From assembly GCA_016699385.1 (NCBI GenBank), contig CP064974.1:692654-756653 (forward strand): a stretch of 64,000 bases of DNA. Direction: 5' to 3'. A model generated the notes under the pieces. The model was not told the origin of the DNA. It worked only from the letters and a program-made list of their open reading frames with translations, and searched no databases. Source of the stretch: Candidatus Moraniibacteriota bacterium. Lineage in GTDB: Bacteria; Patescibacteriota; Minisyncoccia; Moranbacterales; UBA1568. This document shows positions 48,034-58,187 of the stretch, one piece after another. Each line of letters opens with the position of its first letter. The first letter of the stretch is position 1. A program made the position numbers and the translations under genes.

Positions 48034-51000
48034 TTACTGACCAAAAATAGACTTCAGACTCGAGAATACGATATCGAGCGCATTCTGAGTTGCCTTCGGC
48101 GCAATGGAAACAATATCGATTGATTCCCCGATATTCCCCGCTTTGTCTTTTGAAAGAACACGCAAGTGATACACTTTCGACGGCGTCAGTTTCGAAATAA
48201 CCACCGTATGATTCGACACCAATGAAGCATCCTCCTGTGTCTTCTGCGGATAGACTGACCCCGTGCCTTCGCCATACTCAACCTGCGCTGTTGCCGATTC
48301 ATCTGTTGTCCATGTGACAACAAGTTGTGCTTCCGGTTCGCCCTGACTTCCATCGGCCGACTTCACGATAAGTCCCTCGACATTCGCATCAATAATTTGC
48401 GGGGCACGCGTATCCGTTGCCGTCGTAAATTGCAGAGCAGTGGATTTTGCCTCATTCCCAAAATTATCCCGACCTTTCACGATGAGCGAATACGGTGTCT
48501 GTGGCAAAAGATCTCGAAGCAATATCCGGTGTTCCCCGGTCACCATCTTTGCATCAACCTCATCCTTCGCATCACCATCGCGTCCTTCAGGAGAGTATGT
48601 GACAATAGAAGATGTTTCGGTATTTGTTTTCCACGAAATAAGCAGTACTGTTTGCGCCGTTCCTTTCACCTGTTGAATACGCACCTCTTCAATCTTCGGT
48701 CGTGGCAATGTTTCAAAAGAAAGTGTACTCCCTTCGTATTCTTCTTCCTCACTATCAACCGTATTTATCTTGTAGTAATATTTCGTCCCATCAAGGAGAT
48801 CTTCAAGACTCGTCGTGTATGTTGTTTCAGAGGTTGATGTAGCCACTTCTTTCACGAGACCGAAGGCTTCTGTTAGCCCGTAGTATATTTTCACTTTGCT
48901 TGCCCCCTTTGCTGTAAATTCCAAGATAGCACTCGTGAGTCCCGCGCTTTTCAAATTTGGATCAACCACCGTCGGAGCGGGATCTGTTTTGAACGACTTT
49001 TCTCCCGAGAGCCCCGTGTTGCCATCTTCATCTGTCCAACGCGCACGATAGTGATATGTCGTCCCCGGAGAGAGATTCGAGAGCTTAATCTCATGATCCG
49101 TCACCTGCTCGGAGTTGCTCGGCTCTTCGGAGTAGTATGACCCGGATCCTTTTCCATACTGCACTTTACTATCTGATGTCCGATCGGTAGACCAGCCAAT
49201 CGTCGCACTCTTTGTCGTAATAAGTGAAACTAATGGACCAGATGCGAGTCCAGCTGCTTCGGTATATTTTCCCGTTGGATATGCCGAGACAATTTCACTA
49301 AAGGCTCCGCAATTGTTAACACTATCACAAGCACGAATCTTGTAGTAATGAACCACCTGCGTCAATCCCGTATCCACAAAGGCGATACCACTCGTCGAAG
49401 CAACCTTTGTATATGTCCCGCCTTCACTCAGCGAGTGATATATCTGATAGGAATCGACACCAGAGCCAATATCTGATGGAGCTTCCCATGAAACGGCAAG
49501 CTTCCATGACTCGGTATTCTTCACCGATACGTCAGCAATATCCATACTCAGAGGAATCCCTGGCGCACTTGTATTGGCAACAAACTCAGCCGTTTCATAG
49601 GCGCCATAGTTGATAACCCCTCCCAAATCCTCCGGGTTCTTGGCAACCACATAGAAGGTATTCGTTCCCTTCTGCGTCGCAAACGAAGATGCTGCTACCG
49701 ACTCCACACCAGGAAGCGTAAATGAACAAGTATCTTCCGATGGCACTGCATTCACGGTATAGCAATACGTCAGGTCACTAGCGTCTCCCGAAAAACTAAA
49801 CGGCGGATCCCAAATGAAAGCAAAAGAGTTCGCAGTGTTTGTAGCCGGTATTGCCTGAACATTCTGCGGCGCCGTCGGTCCCGATCCAGCATAGTAGAAC
49901 GACGTGCGAACATTTCCCGAGCTCACATTGCCCGCGACATCGATAGTACGCAAATAGAAGAAATTCTCCCCGGTTTGATAGGCAGCACCAGTGATATCCA
50001 CCTGAAGAGCCGTCGTCGTTGTTGACCACCCATCACTTGCGACGACGGCAGCGATCTGATATTGATATCCAGCAATCATAGAATTTGTTGCTGGGTTGCC
50101 ATTTCCATCTGTTCCAGCACTCCAGAGGAATGAGAAATCAGCATCGGGAGAATAGACCGCCGGCGCCGCTGTCACACCAAGGGGATTCGTTGGAGCAGTC
50201 GAGTCAAGCCAATACGAAAATGCTACCGGAAACACTACACTCGTATTCTGTGCGATATCTTTCGCTTTCACGATAAGATAGTATTTCTGTCCACTCACCA
50301 GTGCATTCCCATCTGTATCGACGGTTGCCACGTAGCTATTCCCCACCTGGAAATGCCCCTGTGTCGTCGGCTCGGCACTTGCCGAAGTACCAAAGTACAC
50401 AAAGTATCCTGACACACCCGATCCGCCCGTATCTGTCGCCGGAGACCATTCAAAATAAGGCGCCGTATAAGAATACCAGGTACCCGTTGTAAGATCTGTC
50501 GAGCCACCATCTGAGTCCTTCGCACTCAGGGTCGGCGTTCCTCCCCACGCCGGCGCCACAATATCCGCTGTAGCCGTCAAGTCAACGGAATTGAGCTGAA
50601 CCAGTTCATTTCCATCTCCAAGAAATATTGCCTGCCACAAAAGTCCGCCAGATCCCGCGGGAAATGTCGAGATATTCGTCGATATCGTTGAGGCATCATT
50701 CGACTGTGCATATCCAGATGATGTCGCCCATGCGGAACCATTCCAATACTGCCACGTTGACCCACCATTATCCGAGAGGCGATAGGTAAGAGTGCCGGGC
50801 GACTCCTCGTCCGTGACAAATGCATCCCATTTCTTCACTCCAGAAGTATGCACTGCAGAAGCAAGTGTCACCGTTTCATATCCACTCGAGTAAGGGGTTG
50901 ACTGAAAAGATGTGCGTGCAACAGAGCTAATGCGGAGCTCATCAAGAGAACCCTGAAAGAACCCTTCTGGTTTCCCGTACTCGCGACCAGCATAGGTTGT

Positions 51001-54000
51001 CCCAATCAAGATATCACTCGATGAATCTGAAATGGACATCGAGATAGATCGCGAATTATTCAGTGTCCCATCGACATACAAACTCATGGTCGAACCATTA
51101 TAAGTCGCTGCAACATGATGCCAATTGGTATCGAAAGAGCTTGTCGCCGACTGGAGAAACGCATTGTTTCCAAATGACCACACCGCCGCATCAGCATTGG
51201 CTGTATTTCCAGTTCCAGCATAAAACTTTCCCTTGTAAGCACTAAATGCTCCCACCTCTTCAATCGTTGATCCCCAACTTCCATTCACATTATCACCGCC
51301 GACCTGCGACCACGACGACCCGACATACCGCCACACCTCTCCATCTCCGGCAGTTGTCCCCAATCCCGCATAGAGTGCTCCATTATATACCGCGAGTGTC
51401 CGGACCCGTTCATACGTCCCACTCGACCAACTCCCGCCGACATCATCTCCGCCAATTTGTATCCAGGACGAACCATCATATTTCCACACCTCCGCATCAT
51501 CAGTCGATGTTCCGAGTCCTACATAGAGAAACCCCGCATAGACAATCAGACTATCCACTTGCTCATAGGTACTGTTTGCCCAGCTCGAATTTACACCATC
51601 TCCGCCAACACGACTCCATACTGGAGTACCTTCGCAATTCGTGCACTCCCAAACTTCAGCATCACCAGCGCTCGACCCGAGACCCGCATAAATTTTCCCC
51701 GCATGCACACCAAGTGCTGTCACGCGCTCAAAGTTCGTCGTCCAGCCGGAGTTGAGACTGTCACCACCGACCTTGGTCCATGTCGAACCATCCCATCGCC
51801 ACACTTCAGCATCATTGGCGCTATTTCCAAGTCCAGCATAAAGAAATCCGCCATATGAAGCGAGTGAGTTTACCTCCTCAAAATTTGTCGTCCAGCCGGA
51901 ATTGAGACTATCGCCACCAATCTGTTCCCACGTTGATCCATCCCAATGCCACACTTCAGCATCATTAGCACTTGATCCTAAGCCGACATAAAGCTCACCC
52001 TCGTGTCCAATAAGACTCGTCACAGTTTCATAGGTATTCGCATCCCAGCTCCCATTCACACCCTGACCGCCAACAAGTGTCCAGGTTGTTCCATCAAACT
52101 GCCACACCATGGCATTACCAATAGTGGCAACTCCCGTCCCGGCATAGAGATAATCGCCTGTCACATTCAAAACTTCAACGCTTCGAAGGCCACGAAATCC
52201 CCAGCTAAAATTTACATAATCACCACCGATAAGTGTCCACGAAGAACCATTCCATGACCATTCTTGCGCTGAAACAGTGCTACTTGAAGTGCTAATACCC
52301 GCATAGAGTGTTGAACCGTCCACTGCGAGCGTACTCACAATAGTATGTGTATTTGTAAAGCTCCCATTCACTCCGTCACCACCGATTTTGGTCCATGTCG
52401 AACCATTAAAACTCCACACCTCATTATCACCAGCAGTCGATCCAAGACCAGCATACAATGTCGTTCCATCGTTCACGAGAGAATACACCATTTCATAGCT
52501 TGAGCTATCCCAACTCGAATTCACGGTATCGCCACCTATTTTGCTCCATGTCGAGCCATTCCATTTCCACACTTCGGCATCACCCGCCGTGAGGCCGAGA
52601 CCCACATAGAGATTCCCGCCAAAATACGTCATCGAATAAACATATTCGTAGGTTGCATCCCAACTCGAATTGAGGCCATCTCCACCGATTTTTGTCCACG
52701 ATGAACCACTCCATTTCCACACCTCTGAGTCACCCGCCGTCAAACCGAGACCGGCATACACATTCGTGCCGTCATTTGTCAAACTATAAACACCTTCATA
52801 ATTCGTCGTCCAGCCGGAATTGAGACTATCGCCACCAATCTTGGTCCATGTCGAGCCATCCCATCTCCATACTTCGGCATCATTGGCGCTATTTCCTAGA
52901 CCCGCATAGAGATACCCTCCGACAAATGTCAGCGAATTCACCGCTTCAAAGGTGTTTATTTGCCAACTCGAATTCAACGCATCGCCACCTATTTTGCTCC
53001 ATGTCGAGCCATCCCATTTCCATACTTCGGCATCACCCGCCGTCAGACCAAGACCCACATAGAGATTTGTTCCGTCATTCGCCATGACATACACTGCTTC
53101 AAAAGTGTTAATCGCCCAACAGTTATTCAATCCATCTCCGCCAATCTGCGTCCATCTCGTCCCATCCCACTTCCACACTTCCGCATCACCTGTCCCATTT
53201 CCAGTACCGACGTACAAATTCCCACCAAGAACATTTGACGATTCTATTGTTGGATTCCCATTCAAATCCCAACTTCCATTAATGTCGTTCCCCGCCTGCT
53301 GTGTCCATCCGGACGCCGAGGCATTTGCCAATTCATAGGTAAGCTTTCCTGTTTCATTATCAAAGTAGAGCTGATAATCCCCCTTATCGACAATTCCCTG
53401 TCGTTGAGGGTGGCTCCCCACCGAGAAAGCCGACGAAAACTTCGTCCATGCCTCAATCGTATTTGCCTGCGACAAAGAATTTGCAGCCGAATCCGGAGCT
53501 GATGCAAACGCCGTCGTCCCATTGAATGAAAGTGCATTATTGAGGTTGCCTGAAGCAAAGCTTCCTCCCGACACAGTTGCGTTGTTTGCATTCGCCGAGC
53601 TATCAGTGGCAGTTGTCCCGTTTGACTCGTCGAAGTGATAGAGTGCGACAGTGTCACTGTCACTTGTATAATTCTTGACCGAGAGATGCGACTCCGTATT
53701 CGCACCATCAACCGTCACGCCACTTGAAGCAACATAGTCTCCCGACGTCGCAAAATCCCATGTTTCGGTAATCTCCCCATCAGCAAAAATATTGTGGATA
53801 CGTCCAGAGAAAAATAAAAAAGCGCCCGCTACTACAGAGGCAGACAGAACAGAAAAAACAACATACCGTGGCTTCAAACTCCACAGCAGCCGAATACTCC
53901 AAGCAACCAATCGCCCCAAGGAAACTCCCCAGAACAAAAGTCGCGAATAAAACGTTTTGTATTTTTGCATATACCAGACCACGAGAATATCCCGCAGTTG

Positions 54001-54021
54001 GAAAGACATCTCATTTCTCAA
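48034..54021 (-). CDS. Giant (1995 aa) membrane-anchored surface protein: LamG-like domains, about 17 tandem Kelch-like beta-propeller repeats, multiple FN3/Ig-like C-terminal domains
   Basis: N-terminal TM. LamG motifs (ALYHFDE...TIEAW and WHHVAATYNGSTMSLYVDG). A 48-aa repeat LY.GLG...GDAEVW.WDGS.W..IGGD..NS.W. FN3-like segments in the C-terminal 700 aa. Confidence 0.7.
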   Translation of the reverse strand: MRNEMSFQLRDILVVWYMQKYKTFYSRLLFWGVSLGRLVAWSIRLLWSLKPRYVVFSVLSASVVAGAFLFFSGRIHNIFADGEITETWDFATSGDYVASSGVTVDGANTESHLSVKNYTSDSDTVALYHFDESNGTTATDSSANANNATVSGGSFASGNLNNALSFNGTTAFASAPDSAANSLSQANTIEAWTKFSSAFSVGSHPQRQGIVDKGDYQLYFDNETGKLTYELANASASGWTQQAGNDINGSWDLNGNPTIESSNVLGGNLYVGTGNGTGDAEVWKWDGTRWTQIGGDGLNNCWAINTFEAVYVMANDGTNLYVGLGLTAGDAEVWKWDGSTWSKIGGDALNSSWQINTFEAVNSLTFVGGYLYAGLGNSANDAEVWRWDGSTWTKIGGDSLNSGWTTNYEGVYSLTNDGTNVYAGLGLTAGDSEVWKWSGSSWTKIGGDGLNSSWDATYEYVYSMTYFGGNLYVGLGLTAGDAEVWKWNGSTWSKIGGDTVNSSWDSSSYEMVYSLVNDGTTLYAGLGSTAGDNEVWSFNGSTWTKIGGDGVNGSFTNTHTIVSTLAVDGSTLYAGISTSSSTVSAQEWSWNGSSWTLIGGDYVNFSWGFRGLRSVEVLNVTGDYLYAGTGVATIGNAMVWQFDGTTWTLVGGQGVNGSWDANTYETVTSLIGHEGELYVGLGSSANDAEVWHWDGSTWEQIGGDSLNSGWTTNFEEVNSLASYGGFLYAGLGNSANDAEVWRWDGSTWTKVGGDSLNSGWTTNFERVTALGVHAGKIYAGLGSSAGDAEVWECTNCEGTPVWSRVGGDGVNSSWANSTYEQVDSLIVYAGFLYVGLGTSTDDAEVWKYDGSSWIQIGGDDVGGSWSSGTYERVRTLAVYNGALYAGLGTTAGDGEVWRYVGSSWSQVGGDNVNGSWGSTIEEVGAFSAYKGKFYAGTGNTANADAAVWSFGNNAFLQSATSSFDTNWHHVAATYNGSTMSLYVDGTLNNSRSISMSISDSSSDILIGTTYAGREYGKPEGFFQGSLDELRISSVARTSFQSTPYSSGYETVTLASAVHTSGVKKWDAFVTDEESPGTLTYRLSDNGGSTWQYWNGSAWATSSGYAQSNDASTISTNISTFPAGSGGLLWQAIFLGDGNELVQLNSVDLTATADIVAPAWGGTPTLSAKDSDGGSTDLTTGTWYSYTAPYFEWSPATDTGGSGVSGYFVYFGTSASAEPTTQGHFQVGNSYVATVDTDGNALVSGQKYYLIVKAKDIAQNTSVVFPVAFSYWLDSTAPTNPLGVTAAPAVYSPDADFSFLWSAGTDGNGNPATNSMIAGYQYQIAAVVASDGWSTTTTALQVDITGAAYQTGENFFYLRTIDVAGNVSSGNVRTSFYYAGSGPTAPQNVQAIPATNTANSFAFIWDPPFSFSGDASDLTYCYTVNAVPSEDTCSFTLPGVESVAASSFATQKGTNTFYVVAKNPEDLGGVINYGAYETAEFVANTSAPGIPLSMDIADVSVKNTESWKLAVSWEAPSDIGSGVDSYQIYHSLSEGGTYTKVASTSGIAFVDTGLTQVVHYYKIRACDSVNNCGAFSEIVSAYPTGKYTEAAGLASGPLVSLITTKSATIGWSTDRTSDSKVQYGKGSGSYYSEEPSNSEQVTDHEIKLSNLSPGTTYHYRARWTDEDGNTGLSGEKSFKTDPAPTVVDPNLKSAGLTSAILEFTAKGASKVKIYYGLTEAFGLVKEVATSTSETTYTTSLEDLLDGTKYYYKINTVDSEEEEYEGSTLSFETLPRPKIEEVRIQQVKGTAQTVLLISWKTNTETSSIVTYSPEGRDGDAKDEVDAKMVTGEHRILLRDLLPQTPYSLIVKGRDNFGNEAKSTALQFTTATDTRAPQIIDANVEGLIVKSADGSQGEPEAQLVVTWTTDESATAQVEYGEGTGSVYPQKTQEDASLVSNHTVVISKLTPSKVYHLRVLSKDKAGNIGESIDIVSIAPKATQNALDIVFSSLKSIFGQ
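50760..53210 (-). repeat. Tandem coding repeats (about 144-bp units, about 17 copies) encoding Kelch-like blades
   Basis: Periodic nucleotide and amino-acid repetition (GGDSLNSGWTTNFE.V.SL...G.LYAGLGSSANDAEVW.WDGSTW). It produces many spurious repeat-derived ORFs in other frames. Confidence 0.6.
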
Positions 54022-54164
54022 ATTTTACAACAAAATACAAAAAACTCCTAGCACGAGAAAACAAACGAAAACCTCTCTATTCCAAAAAGTTTCTCTGCAA
54101 ATATTCTCAACTTGCCCGAATGGCTATTCATGCTAGAGTAAACATAAGGGAGAGCCTCAAAATT

Positions 54165-54611
54165 ATGCCTACTTTTGCCTACAACAAACGTGCGCGATTT
54201 GACTACGAACTCCTCGAAACAATCGAAGCGGGTATTGCTCTCTTGGGACATGAAGTCAAATCCATCAAAACCGGACACATTAGTCTCCAGGGGAGCTTCG
54301 TCACGATTCATGGCAATGACCTCATGCTCACCAATGCACTCATCCCCTTCTACCCCTTTGCCGGCGACTCCTCACGCTACGAACCCACGCGCCCGCGCCG
54401 ACTCCTCATCAAGAAAAACGAAGCAAAACGCCTCATCGGCAAAGTCCGGACAAACGGCTTGACACTCATTCCGCTTCGGGTCTATACTAAGAGACACCTT
54501 GTGAAGGTCGAGTTTGCTTTGGCAAAAGGAAAGAAAGAGTACGACAAACGTGCCACAACACAGAAACGCGAAGCCGACCGAAAAATGGCACGGGCAATGA
54601 GAGAACACTGA
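54165..54611 (+). CDS. smpB: SsrA-binding protein SmpB
   Basis: 148 aa with KRARFDYELLETIEAGIALLGHEVKSIKTGHISLQGSFV matching the SmpB core. ATG at 54165 with an upstream AGGGAG. Confidence 0.9.
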   Translation: MPTFAYNKRARFDYELLETIEAGIALLGHEVKSIKTGHISLQGSFVTIHGNDLMLTNALIPFYPFAGDSSRYEPTRPRRLLIKKNEAKRLIGKVRTNGLTLIPLRVYTKRHLVKVEFALAKGKKEYDKRATTQKREADRKMARAMREH

Positions 54612-54782
54612 GGGATTCCTAATAAGGTGAGGGAAAAGCATACATCTCGTACTGTTCTTCCGGGAAAATTATTTTCTGCAGCTTTCGAAGCAAATATAGA
54701 CAAACAAAAAAATAATTTTCCCTGAAAAATAACCTCTAGACAAATGTACAATGCTGAGAATTCAAAATATTCTCATCGTCGT

Positions 54783-55183
54783 GGGGTTGTCTAGATTCGA
54801 CAGGATGCACTTTGAAAATACGCAAGCCGATTATGAAGGTGATATCGCAAATCTCTCCTTCACGATGACATCTGCAAACTTCATCACAAAGGCAAAGCAA
54901 GCCTTCGCGCAAGCGTTCCAGCCTGCTTTCGCTTCCGCTCTCGCCTAACTTCGTTCGGTGAGTGCCATCGGACTCCCGACTCCCGATAGGGAATGTTCCG
55001 GTGTTATATTTTCGGGAAAACCCGATACTCTCGCCTCATGGAGTATCGATCGTTTCTGCACATGAGACACGTCGACCCGTTTTCGCACGCTTTTACGGTC
55101 CGACGCATATGAAGCGCGCTATGCTTGTAGACTATTTTTAAACCTCATCACTGGACATGGGTGCAATTCCCATCAACTCCACC
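54783..55183 (+). ncRNA. ssrA: tmRNA (ssrA), standard one-piece form
   Basis: 5' GGGGTTGTCTAGATTCGACAGGA. tRNA-like 3' end GGAC ATGGG TGCAATT CCCAT CAACTCC ACC with a G3:U70 pair. Internal tag reading frame ending ...AFQPAFASALA-TAA. Confidence 0.8.
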
Positions 55184-55203
55184 TATTTTTTTACACAAAA
55201 AGA

Positions 55204-55752
55204 ATGCGTCGACGTCGTTACCGAAGGCCCAGACCGAAAATTGTCGAAGCACCGAAAGCACGTGTCAATGAGCACATTCGTGTGCCATTTGTGTTTGTCG
55301 TCGATGCAGACGGAACCGTCAATGAGAATATGCCTACCGAACAGGCAATTGCCCGCGCCAAGGAGCAGGAGCTCGACCTCGTCGAAGTCTCCCCAAAGGC
55401 ATCCCCTCCGGTCTGCAAGATTCTCGACTACGGCAAGTACCTCTACGCCGAGGGAAAAAAGGAACAGAAAGCCAAGAGCAAGCAGAAGAAAGTCGAGACC
55501 AAAGGTATCCGCCTCCGTCTGCGCACCGACACGCACGATCTCGACTTCAAACGAACACAGACAGAAAAATTCCTCACGCGCGGACACAAGGTAAAGATAG
55601 AAATCGTGCTCCGTGGTCGCGAGAAGGCGCTCCCCGACAAAGCAAGAGATGCAATCCGCGAATTTCTCAACAGTATAAAAGCAACCTTCACGGTCGAAGA
55701 AGACATGAAACGATTCCCCAACGGACTCCACATCATCATCGCTCCCAAATAA
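55204..55752 (+). CDS. infC: Translation initiation factor IF-3
   Basis: IF3 N- and C-terminal domains (ELDLVEVSPKASPPVCKILDYGKY..., KVKIEIVLRGRE). The exact start codon is uncertain. Confidence 0.85.
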   Translation: MRRRRYRRPRPKIVEAPKARVNEHIRVPFVFVVDADGTVNENMPTEQAIARAKEQELDLVEVSPKASPPVCKILDYGKYLYAEGKKEQKAKSKQKKVETKGIRLRLRTDTHDLDFKRTQTEKFLTRGHKVKIEIVLRGREKALPDKARDAIREFLNSIKATFTVEEDMKRFPNGLHIIIAPK

Positions 55753-55763
55753 GGCACACACCT

Positions 55764-55958
55764 ATGAAGCAGAAAACTCGGAAATCCGTCACAAAGAAAG
55801 TCAAAGTCACCAAGAGTGGCAAAGTGATTCGTCGTACAACCAAGCAGAATCACTACAATCTCCGCGAAACCAAAGATTCCAAACGAGCCAAGCGACGAGA
55901 TATCACCATGACCGGCAAAGACGCCAAAAACATCAAAGCCGCCCTCCCCTACGCCTGA
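55764..55958 (+). CDS. rpmI: 50S ribosomal protein L35
   Basis: 64-aa basic protein MKQKTRKSVTKKVKVTKSGKVIRR, typical of L35, directly after infC. Confidence 0.85.
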   Translation: MKQKTRKSVTKKVKVTKSGKVIRRTTKQNHYNLRETKDSKRAKRRDITMTGKDAKNIKAALPYA

Positions 55959-55983
55959 TAAATAACCTCTAGAAAGTACTCTT

Positions 55984-56328
55984 ATGCCACGAGTCAAGCG
56001 CGGTGTCACCGCCAATAAACGAAGAAAGAACGTTCTCAAGATGGCAACCGGTTTCCGCTGGCGCCGCAAGACAAACTACCGCGCCGCCAAAGAAGCTATC
56101 ATGAAGGCGGGCAAATACGCCTACCGCGACCGACGCGCCAAGAAGCGCTCTTTTCGAAGCCTCTGGATTGTCCGTCTCAACAATGCACTTCGCGAACACG
56201 GTCTCACCTATGCGCGATTCATCGATATTGAGAAGAAAAAAGGCATCGAGCTTGACCGCAAAGTCCTCTCCGAACTCGCCGTACAGCATCCTGCTATCTT
56301 CAAGACCTTCGTCACCTCGGTGAAATAG
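55984..56328 (+). CDS. rplT: 50S ribosomal protein L20
   Basis: [29 protein letters not shown]... is the canonical L20 N-terminus. It completes the infC-rpmI-rplT operon order. Confidence 0.9.
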   Translation: MPRVKRGVTANKRRKNVLKMATGFRWRRKTNYRAAKEAIMKAGKYAYRDRRAKKRSFRSLWIVRLNNALREHGLTYARFIDIEKKKGIELDRKVLSELAVQHPAIFKTFVTSVK

Positions 56329-56348
56329 AACCCACTCCTATACGAAAA

Positions 56349-56378
56349 CCGCCCTCATAAAACGAGGGTGGTTTTTTC
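56349..56378 (+). terminator. Rho-independent terminator after rplT
   Basis: CCGCCCTC-ATAAAA-CGAGGGTGG hairpin followed by TTTTTT. Confidence 0.6.
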
Positions 56379-56638
56379 TCATTATTTCGGACACAATTTC
56401 CACACATTGGGTTGGACATACCCGTCGTGATACCAAATCACAACCACGGAATCATGGTAATCGAAAACGACACAATGAAAAATCGGGCACAGGGCGGAAA
56501 TTCGAAAACAGGCGAGGATAAACCGCCGCCCCTATGGAACAACACTGAATCTGTAGGGGAGCCCCTCATGGGTGCCCTGCTCCCACATAGCTCCCTATTT
56601 CTGTTCCCGCGTGGGCATTACAAACTATACTGCAGAAA

Positions 56639-57070
56639 TCACTTCCCTTTCTTCCTCATCCACCACGGGAAAATAATGAGACAAAAGATCAACGAAAGAA
56701 AAATTCCTGTGGCGTCGATAACAATATCGGAAACCCTTCCCTGTCGACCGGTCACAAAGAGTTGATGTGCCTCATCGGAAATAGCAAATGGCAACGAGAT
56801 CAAGAGCGTTCCAGCCGCGACTATGTGCGTATTATGAGGAAACCAATGCCTAAAGAGCCGGAAAGAAAGCGCTCCGAGAATGAAATACTCGGCAATATGC
56901 GCACCCTTACGCACCAAGAGATAGGGAAGCGAGATATGCTGCCCCGCGACGCCAAGGCTTGGCTGAGCAGACAGCAAGAAAATAACACCCATCCATACAA
57001 CAACCGGCACCACATAGAAATAGAGTGAAACGCCACACTGCGCCAGCCGTTCCGAAAAAGTATGTTTCAT
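56639..57070 (-). CDS. VanZ-like family membrane protein
   Basis: Four TM helices with the VanZ-family core LLVRKGAHIAEYFILGAL. Confidence 0.6.
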   Translation of the reverse strand: MKHTFSERLAQCGVSLYFYVVPVVVWMGVIFLLSAQPSLGVAGQHISLPYLLVRKGAHIAEYFILGALSFRLFRHWFPHNTHIVAAGTLLISLPFAISDEAHQLFVTGRQGRVSDIVIDATGIFLSLIFCLIIFPWWMRKKGK

Positions 57071-57421
57071 GATTCACGATCGATATGGAGTAAGCGAGCT
57101 CCGCCCTATTTCTTGGAACGATTGGTGATCTCCTTCACAAGGATACCAAAAGCAAAAAACGGAAGCCATAACCACAGCGTTTTCTTGAGAATTTTTTCGA
57201 GAAACTGTCCCATATTTATGACAAAAAACAATTATCGTCGCTATCTCCTCACCCTCCTCTCCTTTGTAAGTGGAGGAGCCTCGTATTCGAGGTGGAGGGG
57301 TTCCATACACCAACCACCTCCAGCCCTTCCTTGCAAAGGAAGAGTGGCAAATCATTATGTCATTCAGCTTCGATTCCTGCCAAGGTGGGATCGCTTCGGT
57401 CAAGATGAAGCAAAGGGCGCC

Positions 57422-58156
57422 TTATTTATGCAAAGGAAGCGAGTGATAACACTTCGGGTCTATTTCGTATACAACATCCTTCTTTTCTACTACGATACGC
57501 CAACTATTTTTTTCTGCCACGGCTTTGAGATTTTCATTGGGATTGAAAGCAATCGGATGTTCGACCAATTCCAAAAACTTGATATCCGACTCCGTATCAC
57601 CAATGCCGTAGGAATCAGCAAACGACACGTGATATTCTTCAAAAAGTTTTCGCGCTGCCGTCCCCTTGTCCCGACTCGGCTCATACGATGCCACGCCCGT
57701 GTATCGCCCATCCTCCCCTATTTCATAGACACTCCCGACAACCGTATCAAAGTGAAGATAGTCGCGATTGTACGCCTCGACAATCTCAAGTGGCGATCCA
57801 GAAATAGCAAAGAGAAGATACCCGTCATCTCGGAGCTTGGTAATGAGATTCTCAGCAAATATATAGGTCTGTCGCTCACGAAACGGCACCACACTCTCTG
57901 CCGCTCGCGCCACATCTTCCGGCGTACACCCGCGTAGAAACCGCGCGTAGAGATCGATAAGCGCGATACGATAGTCCTCATAGGTTCCCGTATGCGTGAG
58001 CCACTTTGAGTAGAGGTCGACCAATGTCTTCCGCACATGCGACGGAAAGATGCGCAACCACGACAATTCATTGATAAGTTCGAAATGAAGATTCTTCCGA
58101 AATATCGTTCCATCTATATCGAAAATAGCCGCTTTGGTTTTCTTTGTTGATTTCAT
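57422..58156 (-). CDS. HAD-superfamily hydrolase, subfamily IB (phosphoserine-phosphatase-like)
   Basis: Motif I IFDIDGTI, motif II AISGSP, motif III/IV K...GDTESD. Start set at MKSTKK ('cat' at 58154-58156). Confidence 0.75.
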   Translation of the reverse strand: MKSTKKTKAAIFDIDGTIFRKNLHFELINELSWLRIFPSHVRKTLVDLYSKWLTHTGTYEDYRIALIDLYARFLRGCTPEDVARAAESVVPFRERQTYIFAENLITKLRDDGYLLFAISGSPLEIVEAYNRDYLHFDTVVGSVYEIGEDGRYTGVASYEPSRDKGTAARKLFEEYHVSFADSYGIGDTESDIKFLELVEHPIAFNPNENLKAVAEKNSWRIVVEKKDVVYEIDPKCYHSLPLHK

Positions 58157-58187
58157 AAAAGAAGTATATCGACTTCTGCACAGACGG

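Noticed and set aside
50760-53711. Many ORFs in several frames (for example 51246-51755 His/Pro-rich, 52848-53087, 53262-53711) and a possible CRISPR-like periodicity
   Set aside because: The periodicity is an in-frame 144-bp protein-coding repeat of the giant gene (Kelch-like blades). It is not a spacer-repeat array, since there is no unique spacer content, and the other-frame ORFs are repeat echoes.
57062-57937. 291-aa plus-strand ORF and 109-aa minus-strand ORF at 57074-57403
   Set aside because: The first is antisense to the HAD phosphatase (DxDGT motif). The second covers the hairpin-rich intergenic region and has no protein-like features, so it is more likely non-coding structure.
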